Shown piece by piece: positions 45,685-55,235 of a DNA stretch of 64,000 nucleotides. The stretch's first letter is position 1, and each line of letters begins with the position of its first letter. This DNA comes from an uncultured Acholeplasmataceae bacterium (GTDB lineage: Bacteria; Bacillota_I; Bacilli_A; Acholeplasmatales; Acholeplasmataceae). Location of the stretch: assembly GCA_963539835.1 (NCBI GenBank), contig CAUTMM010000003.1, positions 78,728-142,727 on the forward strand, in the 5' to 3' direction. The position numbers and the translations under genes were made by a program. The notes under the pieces are model-generated. The model was given only the letters and a program-made list of their open reading frames with translations. It did not search any database and had not been told where the DNA came from.

Positions 45685-45713
45685 ATTGTATAAAATTTTT
45701 CTAAATATTTCAA
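45685..45713 (-). promoter_or_regulatory. Putative sigma-A promoter of rplS
   Basis: The minus strand reads TTGAAA, a 17-nt spacer, then TACAAT. Confidence 0.55.
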
Positions 45714-45852
45714 CTAATATAGCAATGAAAACTTTGCGTGTGGTTGTGGTTTTGTTGTCAAAATGAAATGTGGTTTTTGAAATTTGATTTGAAAAATCAT
45801 ATTAGGTTTTCGAGGTGTTCGCTAACAATTTTCTTTTATCGTGTTTATGGGC

Positions 45853-45858
45853 TATAAT
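45853..45858 (+). promoter_or_regulatory. -10 hexamer TATAAT for the 135-aa membrane protein gene
   Basis: Located 24 nt upstream of the ATG at 45882, followed by SD GAGAGGTG. Confidence 0.4.
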
Positions 45859-45881
45859 TTTTATGTGTTGAGAGGTGCTTA

Positions 45882-46289
45882 ATGCAAGAAATTAAACTAC
45901 AAAAACTTGAACGAAGTTTAAAACAAACTAAAACAGCATTTATTTTATCTATAGTATTGTTATGCTCACTTATTTTTATACCGTTTTTTGTTGTACTAGT
46001 ATTACCTTTTTTATTAACAAGTTTAATCGGCCTATATGTGTTTACAATGGTTATCTTTTTCTCAGGTATAACTGCTATTGGCATTACCTATTTAGTTTTT
46101 TACATAATTTCGCTAGTTAACGAGTTTGACATTGAAAAAGTTCACGATATTTTGTTGATTGTTGGTTTTTTTGTTACAATTGTTGGAATCGTTGGACTAT
46201 ATTTAAAAGCCAACTTCCTAAGAGACGAAATTACAAAATTAAAAATTCAACCAAAAGATATTGAAAACAAAGAAACAATTATTCTTTAA
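45882..46289 (+). CDS. Small polytopic membrane protein (3-4 TM)
   Basis: 135 aa. Hydrophobic segments FILSIVLLCSLIFIPFFVVLVLPFLL, VFTMVIFFSGITAIGITYLVFYII and LLIVGFFVTIVGIVGLYL. Confidence 0.6.
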   Translation: MQEIKLQKLERSLKQTKTAFILSIVLLCSLIFIPFFVVLVLPFLLTSLIGLYVFTMVIFFSGITAIGITYLVFYIISLVNEFDIEKVHDILLIVGFFVTIVGIVGLYLKANFLRDEITKLKIQPKDIENKETIIL

Positions 46290-46301
46290 TAAGTTGTTTT
46301 T

Positions 46302-46341
46302 TAAAAAAATAGAGTGCTTATTTAAGCACTCTATTTTTTTT
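46302..46341. terminator. Bidirectional rho-independent terminator overlapping the folC stop
   Basis: AAAAAAATAGAGTGCTT-ATTT-AAGCACTCTATTTTTTTT. Confidence 0.7.
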
Positions 46342-47535
46342 AAGTTCAGAAACTATATAGCCAACAAAATGGATAGAACCTGTAAAAATATAGGTTTTGT
46401 TTGATTTCATATTAAGTTCAGAAAGTGAATTTAAATATTCAATACCAGGGGTTTTGATTTCTTTAAATGAATAACTGCGAATATCTGGAAAATCTAAATA
46501 CTTAACTTCTATTTTTTCTTTTAAAAGAAGTTCAAAAATACCTGCGTAGTCTTTGGGTTTTAAAACAGAAAGCACAACAGACGGATTTTTTAGTTTTTTA
46601 ATTTCAGGAATGATTTTAGAAATTGCTGCTGGATTGTGAGCGCCATCTACTACAATATTTGACTTTAATTTAGTAAATCTAAAAGGGATTTTCGTTTTTT
46701 TCAAAGTTCTTTGGATTTTTTTAACAGAAATATCGGTGAAGTTTAGAAAATAAGTTAAAACCAAAGCCAAATTTTGTTTTAAAAAGTCTTCATTGAAATT
46801 AGTTTTAAAAATATGAGTTTTGTCGTATATGACTTGATTTACTTTACTGGTGTCAAACTTATTAAAATCAGTTAAAAAAACTGGTGAGTGGTTGGCTTCG
46901 CCAATTTGTTTAATTTCTTCAAAAAAAGTTGCATTATTTGTAAAAAACAACTGATGGTCTTTCAAAGTAGCGATTTTATCCTTAAATATATTTTCAAGGC
47001 TACCACCCAGCGTTTCTGTGTGGTCAAGTCCAATGTTAGTCAAAAAAGATGCTTTGTATCTAAAACAGTTTGTGACATCATTTTTCGCGCCAATTCCAGC
47101 CTCAATTACAAGACAATCGCATTTTTGGGCTTTAAAGTAAATCAAGGCCGTTAAAAAAGTTAATTCAAAAAAAGAATAGGCTTGAAAAAAACCGTCGTAA
47201 AGTAGACTAGTTAAAATAGGATATAGTTTTTTTGCGCTGATTTGTTTAGAGTTAACTTGGATGCGCTCACTAAAATCAATGTAGTGAGGTGAGGTAAAAA
47301 GACCGACTTTTTTATATTTACGCTCAAAAAGTTTAGCTAAAAAAATCGCTGTGCTGCCTTTGCCGTTAGTACCAACTATATGGACTTTAAAAGTGTTTTG
47401 AAAGTCTAGATTTAAATATTTTAAGGCTTTTTTGATTCTTGTAATATTTTCGTCTTTTGGATAACCAGTTCTAATGTAAAGGTGTTCAAGTAAAAGGTTT
47501 AATTTATCTTTCAAGTGCATTTTTAACTTTTTCAA
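46318..47535 (-). CDS. folC: Folylpolyglutamate synthase / dihydrofolate synthase (Mur ligase family)
   Basis: 405 aa. P-loop HIVGTNGKGST. valS-folC synteny as in Bacillus. Confidence 0.88.
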   Translation of the reverse strand: MKKLKMHLKDKLNLLLEHLYIRTGYPKDENITRIKKALKYLNLDFQNTFKVHIVGTNGKGSTAIFLAKLFERKYKKVGLFTSPHYIDFSERIQVNSKQISAKKLYPILTSLLYDGFFQAYSFFELTFLTALIYFKAQKCDCLVIEAGIGAKNDVTNCFRYKASFLTNIGLDHTETLGGSLENIFKDKIATLKDHQLFFTNNATFFEEIKQIGEANHSPVFLTDFNKFDTSKVNQVIYDKTHIFKTNFNEDFLKQNLALVLTYFLNFTDISVKKIQRTLKKTKIPFRFTKLKSNIVVDGAHNPAAISKIIPEIKKLKNPSVVLSVLKPKDYAGIFELLLKEKIEVKYLDFPDIRSYSFKEIKTPGIEYLNSLSELNMKSNKTYIFTGSIHFVGYIVSELKKNRVLK

Positions 47536-50020
47536 ACTCTTTTAAGTATTTTGCATACTTTTCTTTTTCTGAGTCAATTTTAGCAGCAGGAGCCTTGGCT
47601 AAAAACCCGGAATTATTTAAAATTGACTCAGACCTTTTGATTTCAGCCTCAAGGTATTTAAGTTGTTCTTTTAGTTGTTCTGGGTTTTGTTTTTCTGCGT
47701 GTACAAAAACCGAGAAATTAGCGTCAATTAACTCAGCAGAATCAACAGTGCAGGAGTCTGCCAAGTTTAGTTCAGCGAGTTTTAAAATTGAGCGAGTGTT
47801 TTCAAGGTTTTCAAATAGTATTGCTTTAGTTTTTGCGTTTTTAGCAACCAAAGTAACAGATAAGGCTTTAGTAATTTTGTTTTCTGCTATATATGAACGC
47901 AACATTAAAAGCACTTTTTTAAATATTTCAAAATCAGCAAAAACAGTCTTGTTGTCCTCTTTCTTAGCCTTTGGCCAACGAGCATTAATTAAAAGTTCTG
48001 AGTTGTACATTGAAAAAATGTTTTCGGTAACGAACGGAACTATAGGATGCAGCAGTTTAAGGATTTGGCTAAGCACATAGACCAAAATTTTGTTAGTGTT
48101 ATCTTTGAGTTCTTCACTTCTTTTTTGAACTTTTGCAATTTCTAGGTATTCAGATGAAAAGTCTTGCCAGATAAAGTTTTGCAGAACTTTAGCGGCTTCT
48201 TGAAACTCATATTTTTTAAATAAACGAGTGTATTTTAAAATAGTTTCATTTAGACTTGCCAAGATATAGTTATCCGCCAGAGTTTTGGCTAAAACTGTTT
48301 TTACTGGCTTTGTAAAGTCGTTTAAGATAAACCTAGAGATGTTCCAAAGTTTATTTAAATTATTCCAAGCAGACTCAATTTTGACGCGGTCATATCTAAT
48401 GTCAGTTCCAGGAGATGATGAAGTTACTAAGAAATATCTTAAACTGTCTGCGCCAAACTCTTTGATCACGTCAAATGGGTTAATCCCGTTATTGAGCGAT
48501 TTTGACATCTTTTGTCCGTCTGCTGCTCTGACAAGTCCATGAATTAAAACTTCTTTAAAAGGATCTATTTTGGCAATATCTAGACTTTGGAAAATCATTC
48601 TAGAAACCCAGAAAAATATGATGTCGTATCCAGTTACCAGCAGTTGAGTCGGAAAGAAACGCTCAAAATCACCTGGTTTTTGCGAAAGACAAGAAAGCGG
48701 CCAAAGAGATGAAGAAAACCAAGTGTCAAGAACATCTTCGTCTTGGCGCCAACCTGCTCCAGGTGACTCAATTTGTGCTTTAATTTCTGTGCCTTTATAC
48801 CAAACTGGTATACGATGTCCCCACCAAACTTGGCGAGAAATGCACCAGTCTAGTGTATCTGTCATCCAGTTGATAAAGATTTTTTTAAATCTAGCGGGAT
48901 AAAACTTAGTCTTAGAACTACGCGCTAGTTTTGAAAAATAATCCATTTTTAAAAACCATTGAAGCGAAAGTCTAGGTTCAACTACTGTATCTGTACGCTC
49001 AGAGTAGCCAACTGAGTTAAGATGTTCTTCGGCTTTAATAAACTGCCCTGTTTTGCTTAAATCCAAAAGTAAATTTTCACGGCAAACAAAACGGTCTTGA
49101 CCTTCGTATTTGCCAGCCATTTCATTTAAAGTTCCGTCTTCGTGCATACAAAGTGGTTTAGCTAGATTGTGTCTTTTGGCAACCTCAAAATCATTTGGGT
49201 CGTGAGCAGGAGTTACTTTTACAACCCCTGTTCCAAAATCTTTTTCCACGTATTCATCTGCAATTATCGGAATTTCTATATTTGTGGTTGGAACTAAAAC
49301 AGTCTTGCCAATTAGCGCGTTGTATCTTTCGTCTTTCGGATTAACCATTAATGCTTGGTCTGCAAAACAAGTCTCTGGGCGAGTAGTTGCAACCACCACT
49401 CCGTCAGTTTCACTTCCTTTAAATAAATACTTAATAAAGTAAAGTTTAGACTTACTTTCTTTATGCACGACTTCTATATTTGAAAGTGCGGTTTTTGCCT
49501 GAATGTCCCAGTTAATAATTTTGTAGTCTCGGTAAATTAGACCTCGTTCATAAAGTTCAATAAAACGTTTTGCGACGATTTCAGAATGTCCTTTGTCAAG
49601 GGTGAAAAGTTCACGAGAATAATCTAAAGACAACCCCATTTTTTGCCATTGACGGCGAATTGTGTCTTCGTGTTCAGTTTTCCAGTCCCAGGCTGCTTTT
49701 AAAAACTCAGTTCTGCCAATTTTAAAACGATTTGTGCCTTGTTCTTTTAACTTAGCGTCAACTTTCGCTTGAGTTGCAACTCCAGCGTGGTCAGTTCCAG
49801 GAAAATAAAGTGCGGCTTTGCCTTGCATCCTTTGAAAACGAATTACGGCGTCTTGAAGGGTGTTGTCATAAGCGTGTCCGATGTGCAGAATTCCGGTGAT
49901 ATTTGGTGGCGGAATTACAACAGTAAAACCTTTGCCTTTTTTGCTCGGCAAAAAAGCATTGGCTTTAAGCCAACGCTCATAAATTAAATTATCGTTTGCA
50001 AAACTATATTTTTTATCCAT
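47504..50020 (-). CDS. valS: Valine--tRNA ligase
   Basis: 838 aa. PPPNITGILHIGHA (HIGH motif), KMSKS, and a C-terminal coiled coil. Confidence 0.98.
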   Translation of the reverse strand: MDKKYSFANDNLIYERWLKANAFLPSKKGKGFTVVIPPPNITGILHIGHAYDNTLQDAVIRFQRMQGKAALYFPGTDHAGVATQAKVDAKLKEQGTNRFKIGRTEFLKAAWDWKTEHEDTIRRQWQKMGLSLDYSRELFTLDKGHSEIVAKRFIELYERGLIYRDYKIINWDIQAKTALSNIEVVHKESKSKLYFIKYLFKGSETDGVVVATTRPETCFADQALMVNPKDERYNALIGKTVLVPTTNIEIPIIADEYVEKDFGTGVVKVTPAHDPNDFEVAKRHNLAKPLCMHEDGTLNEMAGKYEGQDRFVCRENLLLDLSKTGQFIKAEEHLNSVGYSERTDTVVEPRLSLQWFLKMDYFSKLARSSKTKFYPARFKKIFINWMTDTLDWCISRQVWWGHRIPVWYKGTEIKAQIESPGAGWRQDEDVLDTWFSSSLWPLSCLSQKPGDFERFFPTQLLVTGYDIIFFWVSRMIFQSLDIAKIDPFKEVLIHGLVRAADGQKMSKSLNNGINPFDVIKEFGADSLRYFLVTSSSPGTDIRYDRVKIESAWNNLNKLWNISRFILNDFTKPVKTVLAKTLADNYILASLNETILKYTRLFKKYEFQEAAKVLQNFIWQDFSSEYLEIAKVQKRSEELKDNTNKILVYVLSQILKLLHPIVPFVTENIFSMYNSELLINARWPKAKKEDNKTVFADFEIFKKVLLMLRSYIAENKITKALSVTLVAKNAKTKAILFENLENTRSILKLAELNLADSCTVDSAELIDANFSVFVHAEKQNPEQLKEQLKYLEAEIKRSESILNNSGFLAKAPAAKIDSEKEKYAKYLKEFEKVKNALER

Positions 50021-50038
50021 TTTTATGTTGTTTTTAAA

Positions 50039-50917
50039 TTAACTTGCTTTTTTGACGTGATAGCAAATACCTGTAATGTTAGCACCTGAGTGCACACAGA
50101 TAGTTTTAGTTAAAAACGAGCGAACAGTTGTGATATCTGGACAATGCTCGCTTATTTTGTCTTCTAAATATTTAGCAAAGCGCTCATCTTCAATTGTTGC
50201 AATAGCCACAGTTTTTTCGTCAATCTCGCCTTTTTTGTAGTGTTCAAAAAAAACATTAAATACATTTTCCAAGGCTTTGATGTGTGTGCCTATTGACTTT
50301 CTTGGCAAAATATCGTTTTGCTCAGAGTGGAAAATTGGCTTGATTTGCAAAATAGAGCCAATTAGCGACTGCATGCCAGAAACACGGCCACTTCTTTTTA
50401 GGTAACTAAGGTCTTTTGAGATAAACTCAATAATCATGCCTTTTTTGTATTCGTTTAAGAAATTTAAAAATTCATCAATTGACTGAACTTGGTCTTTAAT
50501 TTCAACTGCTTTTTTAATCAGCATAGTTACACCTGAAGCAATTTGCCAGGTGTCTATAAAAAAAGTGCGGTTTTTATATTCAAGGGGTAAGTTCTTTAGG
50601 GCAACTTGAAAGTAGTTTAAAGAGGCTGAGTATCTTGAGCCAATGCCGAAGTAAACTAAATAGTTATCGTTTCCTTTTAGTTGACTTTCAATTAGACTCA
50701 GAAAAACCTCAGGGCTAGGGGCTGCGGTTTTTGGAACATCTTGAGTTTTAGTTTGATTGACTTTGGCAAAAAACTCAAGAGCATCGTTTTCGCCGTTATC
50801 CGGAAAAGTTTCTTCGTTGAAAGTAATTTGAAAAGGAAACTGAAAAATTTCTGCACTTTTTTTAAATTCAGGCGAAATATCTGGGGATGAATCGGTCATG
50901 ATAATAATTTTTTTCAT
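50039..50917 (-). CDS. DegV-family fatty-acid-binding protein
   Basis: 292 aa. MKKIIIMTDSSPDI start and DegV-typical length and colinearity. Confidence 0.85.
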   Translation of the reverse strand: MKKIIIMTDSSPDISPEFKKSAEIFQFPFQITFNEETFPDNGENDALEFFAKVNQTKTQDVPKTAAPSPEVFLSLIESQLKGNDNYLVYFGIGSRYSASLNYFQVALKNLPLEYKNRTFFIDTWQIASGVTMLIKKAVEIKDQVQSIDEFLNFLNEYKKGMIIEFISKDLSYLKRSGRVSGMQSLIGSILQIKPIFHSEQNDILPRKSIGTHIKALENVFNVFFEHYKKGEIDEKTVAIATIEDERFAKYLEDKISEHCPDITTVRSFLTKTICVHSGANITGICYHVKKAS

Positions 50918-51474
50918 GCTGTTTTCTCCTTAAAATAATTAGTTAAGTGTTCAATTAGTACTTGACTAGAAAAAGCAACTACGTTATTTACAAAAAATAA
51001 TTTAGAATCTGGAAACTGCTTTTGAAATTGGTTTTTTTTACTAAACACCTTAGACTTTTTTTCCTTGTCTACTTTAGTAAAGCAAATTAAAGGACAAATG
51101 CATTGACCTAGCAAATATTCATACATCTCTAAGTCTTTTTGAGTTGGACCTATATAAAAATCCATTAACATCAAAACTAAAGCATAGTCTCGTGTGCCAA
51201 TGTAAGTGCCAAGCAGACGAGTAAATTGCTCTTGGGTTTTAAAGTCAACTTTAGCAAACCCGTAGCCGGGTGTATCAACTAAATAAAACAAGTCTTTGTA
51301 TTTAAAGTAGTTAAGTGCAATGGTCTTGCCGGGTTTTTGAGAAACTTTCGCAATTTTGCTTTGAAAAAAGTTGTTAATAAAACTAGACTTACCCACATTG
51401 CTGCGCCCAAGCAACAAAACTTCTGGTAAGTCGGTTGGTTTAGTTTTTAAATCAAATACTGATTTTACAAACAT
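50914..51474 (-). CDS. engB: Ribosome biogenesis GTPase EngB/YsxC
   Basis: 186 aa. G1 GRSNVGKSS, G3 DTPGYG, G4 TKVDK. lon-ysxC synteny. Confidence 0.9.
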   Translation of the reverse strand: MFVKSVFDLKTKPTDLPEVLLLGRSNVGKSSFINNFFQSKIAKVSQKPGKTIALNYFKYKDLFYLVDTPGYGFAKVDFKTQEQFTRLLGTYIGTRDYALVLMLMDFYIGPTQKDLEMYEYLLGQCICPLICFTKVDKEKKSKVFSKKNQFQKQFPDSKLFFVNNVVAFSSQVLIEHLTNYFKEKTA

Positions 51475-51493
51475 TTAATTAAAATTACTTATT

Positions 51494-53827
51494 TTAAGCA
51501 GCTAGGGCTGCTTTTAAGACTTCTTTGATTTCAGACACAGGTGTAATTTCAAGGTCTTTAAGTACTTCTTCAGGAATATCTTGAACATCGCGAACATTGT
51601 CTTTTGGAATCAAGATTTGTTTTAAGCCTGAGCGGTGTGCAGAAATTGCTTTTTCTTTTAAGCCACCAATTGGCAAAATTTGGCCGGTTAAAGTAATTTC
51701 TCCGGTCATTCCAACTGTGTGTTTAACTGGTTTTTTTGTCAAAAGTGAAACAATTGCCGTGCACATCGTGATACCTGCACTTGGTCCGTCTTTTGGAACT
51801 GCACCTTCCGGTACGTGGATGTGAATGGTGTTTTTCACAAATATTTCGGGATCAATTCCAAACTCTTCTGCTTTAGATTTCACAAAAGAAAGCGCGGTAA
51901 TTGCAGACTCTTTCATGACGTCGCCTAATTTTCCAGTTAAAACAACGTCGCCTTTGCCGGCATAAGTGTTTGCCTCAATTTTTAAAGTATCGCCGCCGTA
52001 CGCGGTATAGGCAAGGCCAGTTACAACTCCGACTTGGTCTTTTTGGTCAGCAATATTGTGGAAAAATCTGAACTTACCAAGGTATTCCTCTAAGTTGCCT
52101 TCGTTGATTTCTAAAGATGTCAGTTCTTTGGCTAAGAGTTTTTTGACAAATTTGCGAGAAATGGTGCCGATTAGTCGGTTCAGTTCACGAATTCCGGCTT
52201 CACGAGTGTAGTGCTGAATTAGTTTATAAATACCTTCGTCTGTAAAAGTTAATTGACCTGGTTTAATTCCGGCTAGTTTTAAATTATCTGGAATTAAGTA
52301 TTCAGTGGCAATGTGGTATTTTTCAACTTCGGTGTAACTGCTTAACTGAATAATTTCCATTCTGTCCATTAAAGGTTCTGGAATGTTTTCCAAGTAATTG
52401 GCAGTTGTGATAAACATCACTTTAGACAAGTCAAATGGTTCTTCTAAAAAGTGGTCTTCAAAACGGAAGTTTTGTGAAGGGTCTAGAACTTCCAATAAAG
52501 CAGCCGCTGGATCTCCTCGGTGAGACTTGCCGATTTTGTCAATTTCATCTAGTAAGAAAAGCGGGTTTTTAGTGCCAGCTTTAACCATACCTTTTAAAAT
52601 TCGGCCAGGAAGTGCCCCAACGTATGTGCGGCGAAAACCAAGGATATCAGACTCATCATCTGCTCCACCTAAAGAGATTTTGGTAAAGTGTTTATTTAAA
52701 GCCTCAGCGATAGAAATTGCTAAAGAGGTTTTTCCAGTGCCAGGAGGTCCAACTAAACAAAGAATTGCTTGTGGAACTTTTTTAGTCTTAATTTGGACAG
52801 ACAAGTATTCAAGAATTTTGTCTTTAACTTGTTTTAGTCCATAGTGTTTTTTGTCAAGTGCGGTTTTGACTTTTTTAATGTCAGTGCAGTCTTTTGAAAA
52901 TTTATTCCAAGGAAGAGAGACTGCAAAATCTAGGTAGGTTTTAATAGAACCTGCTTCAGGAGAATAAGAAGATGCAGTTTGGTATTTCTTTAATTCGTTA
53001 AGCAAGTTAGTCTCAGTTTGCGCAGGCATTTTAGCAGCTAAAATTGCGGCTCTAATTTGCTCAATTTCATCAATCTTGCGAGCGCGATCTCCAAGTTCAT
53101 TTTGAATCGCTTTCATTTTTTCGCGCAAAAAGTACTCGCGTTGCGCTTCGTCTATCGATCTTTGTACTTCTTCTTGGATTTTTTTCTCCAAAGAATTAGT
53201 CATAGACAAATACTCAAAGTCAATTAACGCAGTTTTAAGCAAGTCTTCCATAGTATTTGCGTTTAGGTAGTTTAATCTTCGTGCAAACTCGCGAGTTAAA
53301 CTATTGCCAAGCAGATAAACCTCTTCGGCTGAATTAAACTCGACGTTGGAAAGTTCTTTTGAGTCACCAGGTGCTGATTTTAAAAACTCACGATTTTTTT
53401 CAACTAATAGTTTTTGCGAAACTAAGGCTTTTTCAGATAGGTTTTGACTATCTACATCTGCGTATTCAAAGGAACACGATGCAAATGGAGATTGACTAGA
53501 TGCAGGAAAGTAATTTATTAGTTTAATTCGTCTAGAGACATGGAATTTAACTTTATATGAACTTTCTGAGCCAGGCAGGTCATTTTTTATTTTAAATCCC
53601 ACTTTGGCAATTACCCCAAACTGTTCAAGGTCTTTTTGTTCTGGGTTTTCAATGTCTGGGTTTTTTTGAATTAACAAAATAATTTGTTTACCAGTTCCGC
53701 GTTCCGCGGCATCCAAGGCTTTTACAGAACTTGGTCTGCCAATGTCTAGACGAAGTGAAGTGGCAGGTAGTGGTACTGAGTTTCTAAGTGGAACAACAGG
53801 TAGTAAATTTTCTTGATTTAAATCCAT
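51494..53827 (-). CDS. lon: ATP-dependent Lon protease
   Basis: 777 aa. Walker A GPPGTGKTS, Walker B FLLDEIDK, and protease serine PKDGPSAG. Confidence 0.98.
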   Translation of the reverse strand: MDLNQENLLPVVPLRNSVPLPATSLRLDIGRPSSVKALDAAERGTGKQIILLIQKNPDIENPEQKDLEQFGVIAKVGFKIKNDLPGSESSYKVKFHVSRRIKLINYFPASSQSPFASCSFEYADVDSQNLSEKALVSQKLLVEKNREFLKSAPGDSKELSNVEFNSAEEVYLLGNSLTREFARRLNYLNANTMEDLLKTALIDFEYLSMTNSLEKKIQEEVQRSIDEAQREYFLREKMKAIQNELGDRARKIDEIEQIRAAILAAKMPAQTETNLLNELKKYQTASSYSPEAGSIKTYLDFAVSLPWNKFSKDCTDIKKVKTALDKKHYGLKQVKDKILEYLSVQIKTKKVPQAILCLVGPPGTGKTSLAISIAEALNKHFTKISLGGADDESDILGFRRTYVGALPGRILKGMVKAGTKNPLFLLDEIDKIGKSHRGDPAAALLEVLDPSQNFRFEDHFLEEPFDLSKVMFITTANYLENIPEPLMDRMEIIQLSSYTEVEKYHIATEYLIPDNLKLAGIKPGQLTFTDEGIYKLIQHYTREAGIRELNRLIGTISRKFVKKLLAKELTSLEINEGNLEEYLGKFRFFHNIADQKDQVGVVTGLAYTAYGGDTLKIEANTYAGKGDVVLTGKLGDVMKESAITALSFVKSKAEEFGIDPEIFVKNTIHIHVPEGAVPKDGPSAGITMCTAIVSLLTKKPVKHTVGMTGEITLTGQILPIGGLKEKAISAHRSGLKQILIPKDNVRDVQDIPEEVLKDLEITPVSEIKEVLKAALAA

Positions 53828-53829
53828 TT

Positions 53830-55116
53830 TTATACGAGTTTAGCGTTCTTAACAATAAAGTCATGTGCTTTTCCGACTTTTAAGTCTTTTGCTACATTTT
53901 CTTTGCTTAGTTGTTTTTTAACTTCTTCAACTGAAGTGTTGTATTGTTTAGCGATTTCTGCAAAATGAGCCTCTATTTCTGCATCTGATGCATCTAGTTT
54001 TTCAGCATTTGCGATGGCGTCTAATGTTAAGGCTTCATGAATTTGTTCATATGCTGCTTTTTTCTCTTCGGCAAGCGCTTCATCTGCTTTTTTGCCAGTC
54101 ATCTCTAAATATTGTGTGTAGTTTAAGCCATAAGCTTTCAGACTTTCTTCAATACGGCGACGATTACGGTTGGCTTGTGCTTCAATCATAGCATCAGGAA
54201 TTTCAATAACTGCATTGTTTGAAGCCTCTTCAAGGGCTTCTTTTTTGATGCGTTCGTTTTCTTGTTTTTCTTTTAGTTGAGTGATAACTGATTTCATGTG
54301 GGCTTTGTATTGCTCAACTGTCTCAATTTTGTCTTTTTTCAGATCTTTAACCCATTCGTCGGTTAAAGCAGGAAGTTCAGATACTTTAACTGAGTTAACA
54401 CGACATTTAAAAACAGCGGCTTTTCCTTTTAAGTCAGCGGCTTGGTAGTCTTCTGGAAAAGTTACATTAACATCTTTTTCATCACCTGCTTTTAGGCCAA
54501 TTAGTTGTTCTTCAAAGCCTGGGATAAATTGACCTGAGCCAATTTTTAAATCAAAATCAGTCCCTTTTCCGCCAGGGAAAGCCACATTGTCAATAAAGCC
54601 TTCGAAGTTGATATTAGCAGTATCTCCTTTTTCAACTGGTTTGTCTTTGGCAACTAGTTTTGCAGAACGGTTAAGTTCTTCAGTGATTTTATCGTCAACT
54701 TCTTTAGCGGAAACCTTAGTGTTTGGTTTTTTAATTTCAATACCTTTGTACAGGCCTAGTTTAACTTCGGGCTTTACTGGAATTGTTAAAATTACTTCAA
54801 ACTCTTCTTCGGCTAGTTTTGGTTCTTTTGGATTTAGTTCAACGTTTGTAGGTTCTGCAACTACTTCGTATTCTTTGGCGAAAAGCACATCTTCAAACTT
54901 AGCGTTGATAACGAAGTTTAAAGCGTCGTTGAAAAGTGAAGCCTTGCCGTATCTGTTTTCATAAATCGAGCGAGGTGCTTGACCTTTTCTAAAACCTTTG
55001 ATTTCTACTTTTTCTTTTACTAATTGATATGCGTAGTCAAGTCCACTTTCAAAGTCAGAAAGCGAGACTTTTGCTGTCACTTTTATTTGATTTTTTTTTA
55101 ATTTTTCTATTTTCAT
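53830..55116 (-). CDS. tig: Trigger factor
   Basis: The start is trimmed to MKIEKLKKNQIKVTAKV (GGAGGA upstream). The ORF-track extension would cover the promoter. FKBP-type PPIase core GFIPGFEEQLIGLKAGD. Confidence 0.93.
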   Translation of the reverse strand: MKIEKLKKNQIKVTAKVSLSDFESGLDYAYQLVKEKVEIKGFRKGQAPRSIYENRYGKASLFNDALNFVINAKFEDVLFAKEYEVVAEPTNVELNPKEPKLAEEEFEVILTIPVKPEVKLGLYKGIEIKKPNTKVSAKEVDDKITEELNRSAKLVAKDKPVEKGDTANINFEGFIDNVAFPGGKGTDFDLKIGSGQFIPGFEEQLIGLKAGDEKDVNVTFPEDYQAADLKGKAAVFKCRVNSVKVSELPALTDEWVKDLKKDKIETVEQYKAHMKSVITQLKEKQENERIKKEALEEASNNAVIEIPDAMIEAQANRNRRRIEESLKAYGLNYTQYLEMTGKKADEALAEEKKAAYEQIHEALTLDAIANAEKLDASDAEIEAHFAEIAKQYNTSVEEVKKQLSKENVAKDLKVGKAHDFIVKNAKLV

Positions 55117-55147
55117 ATATGTATAATTCCTCCGTGCATACTTAAAT

Positions 55148-55156
55148 ATTTTACCA
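55148..55156 (-). promoter_or_regulatory. Extended -10 element TGGTAAAAT for tig
   Basis: The minus strand reads TATGGTAAAATATTTAAGTATGCACGGAGGAATTATACATATATG. Confidence 0.45.
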
Positions 55157-55235
55157 TAATATAATATATACAAAGCAGAGCAAGTGCCTTTAAGGGTCTT
55201 GGCTTTAATTAACTACACAGGGAGACATTTTGTAA

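Noticed and set aside
45726-45767. Mini-ORF MKTLRVVVVLLSK in the GT-rich part of the rplS / membrane-gene intergenic region (a possible Val-rich leader peptide)
   Set aside because: It has no SD and no downstream terminator/antiterminator alternative that I could fold. The downstream gene is unrelated to branched-chain amino acids, so it is probably chance. The ~140 nt at 45714-45852 remain unexplained.
47595-48080. 161-aa plus-strand ORF inside valS, plus 48285-48542 and 49769-49987
   Set aside because: Shadow ORFs of valS. Their Ser/Phe/Leu-rich composition mirrors the Lys/Glu codons on the coding strand.
50021-50038. An expected T-box riboswitch upstream of valS
   Set aside because: Only 18 nt separate valS from the upstream degV stop, so there is no room for a T-box leader.
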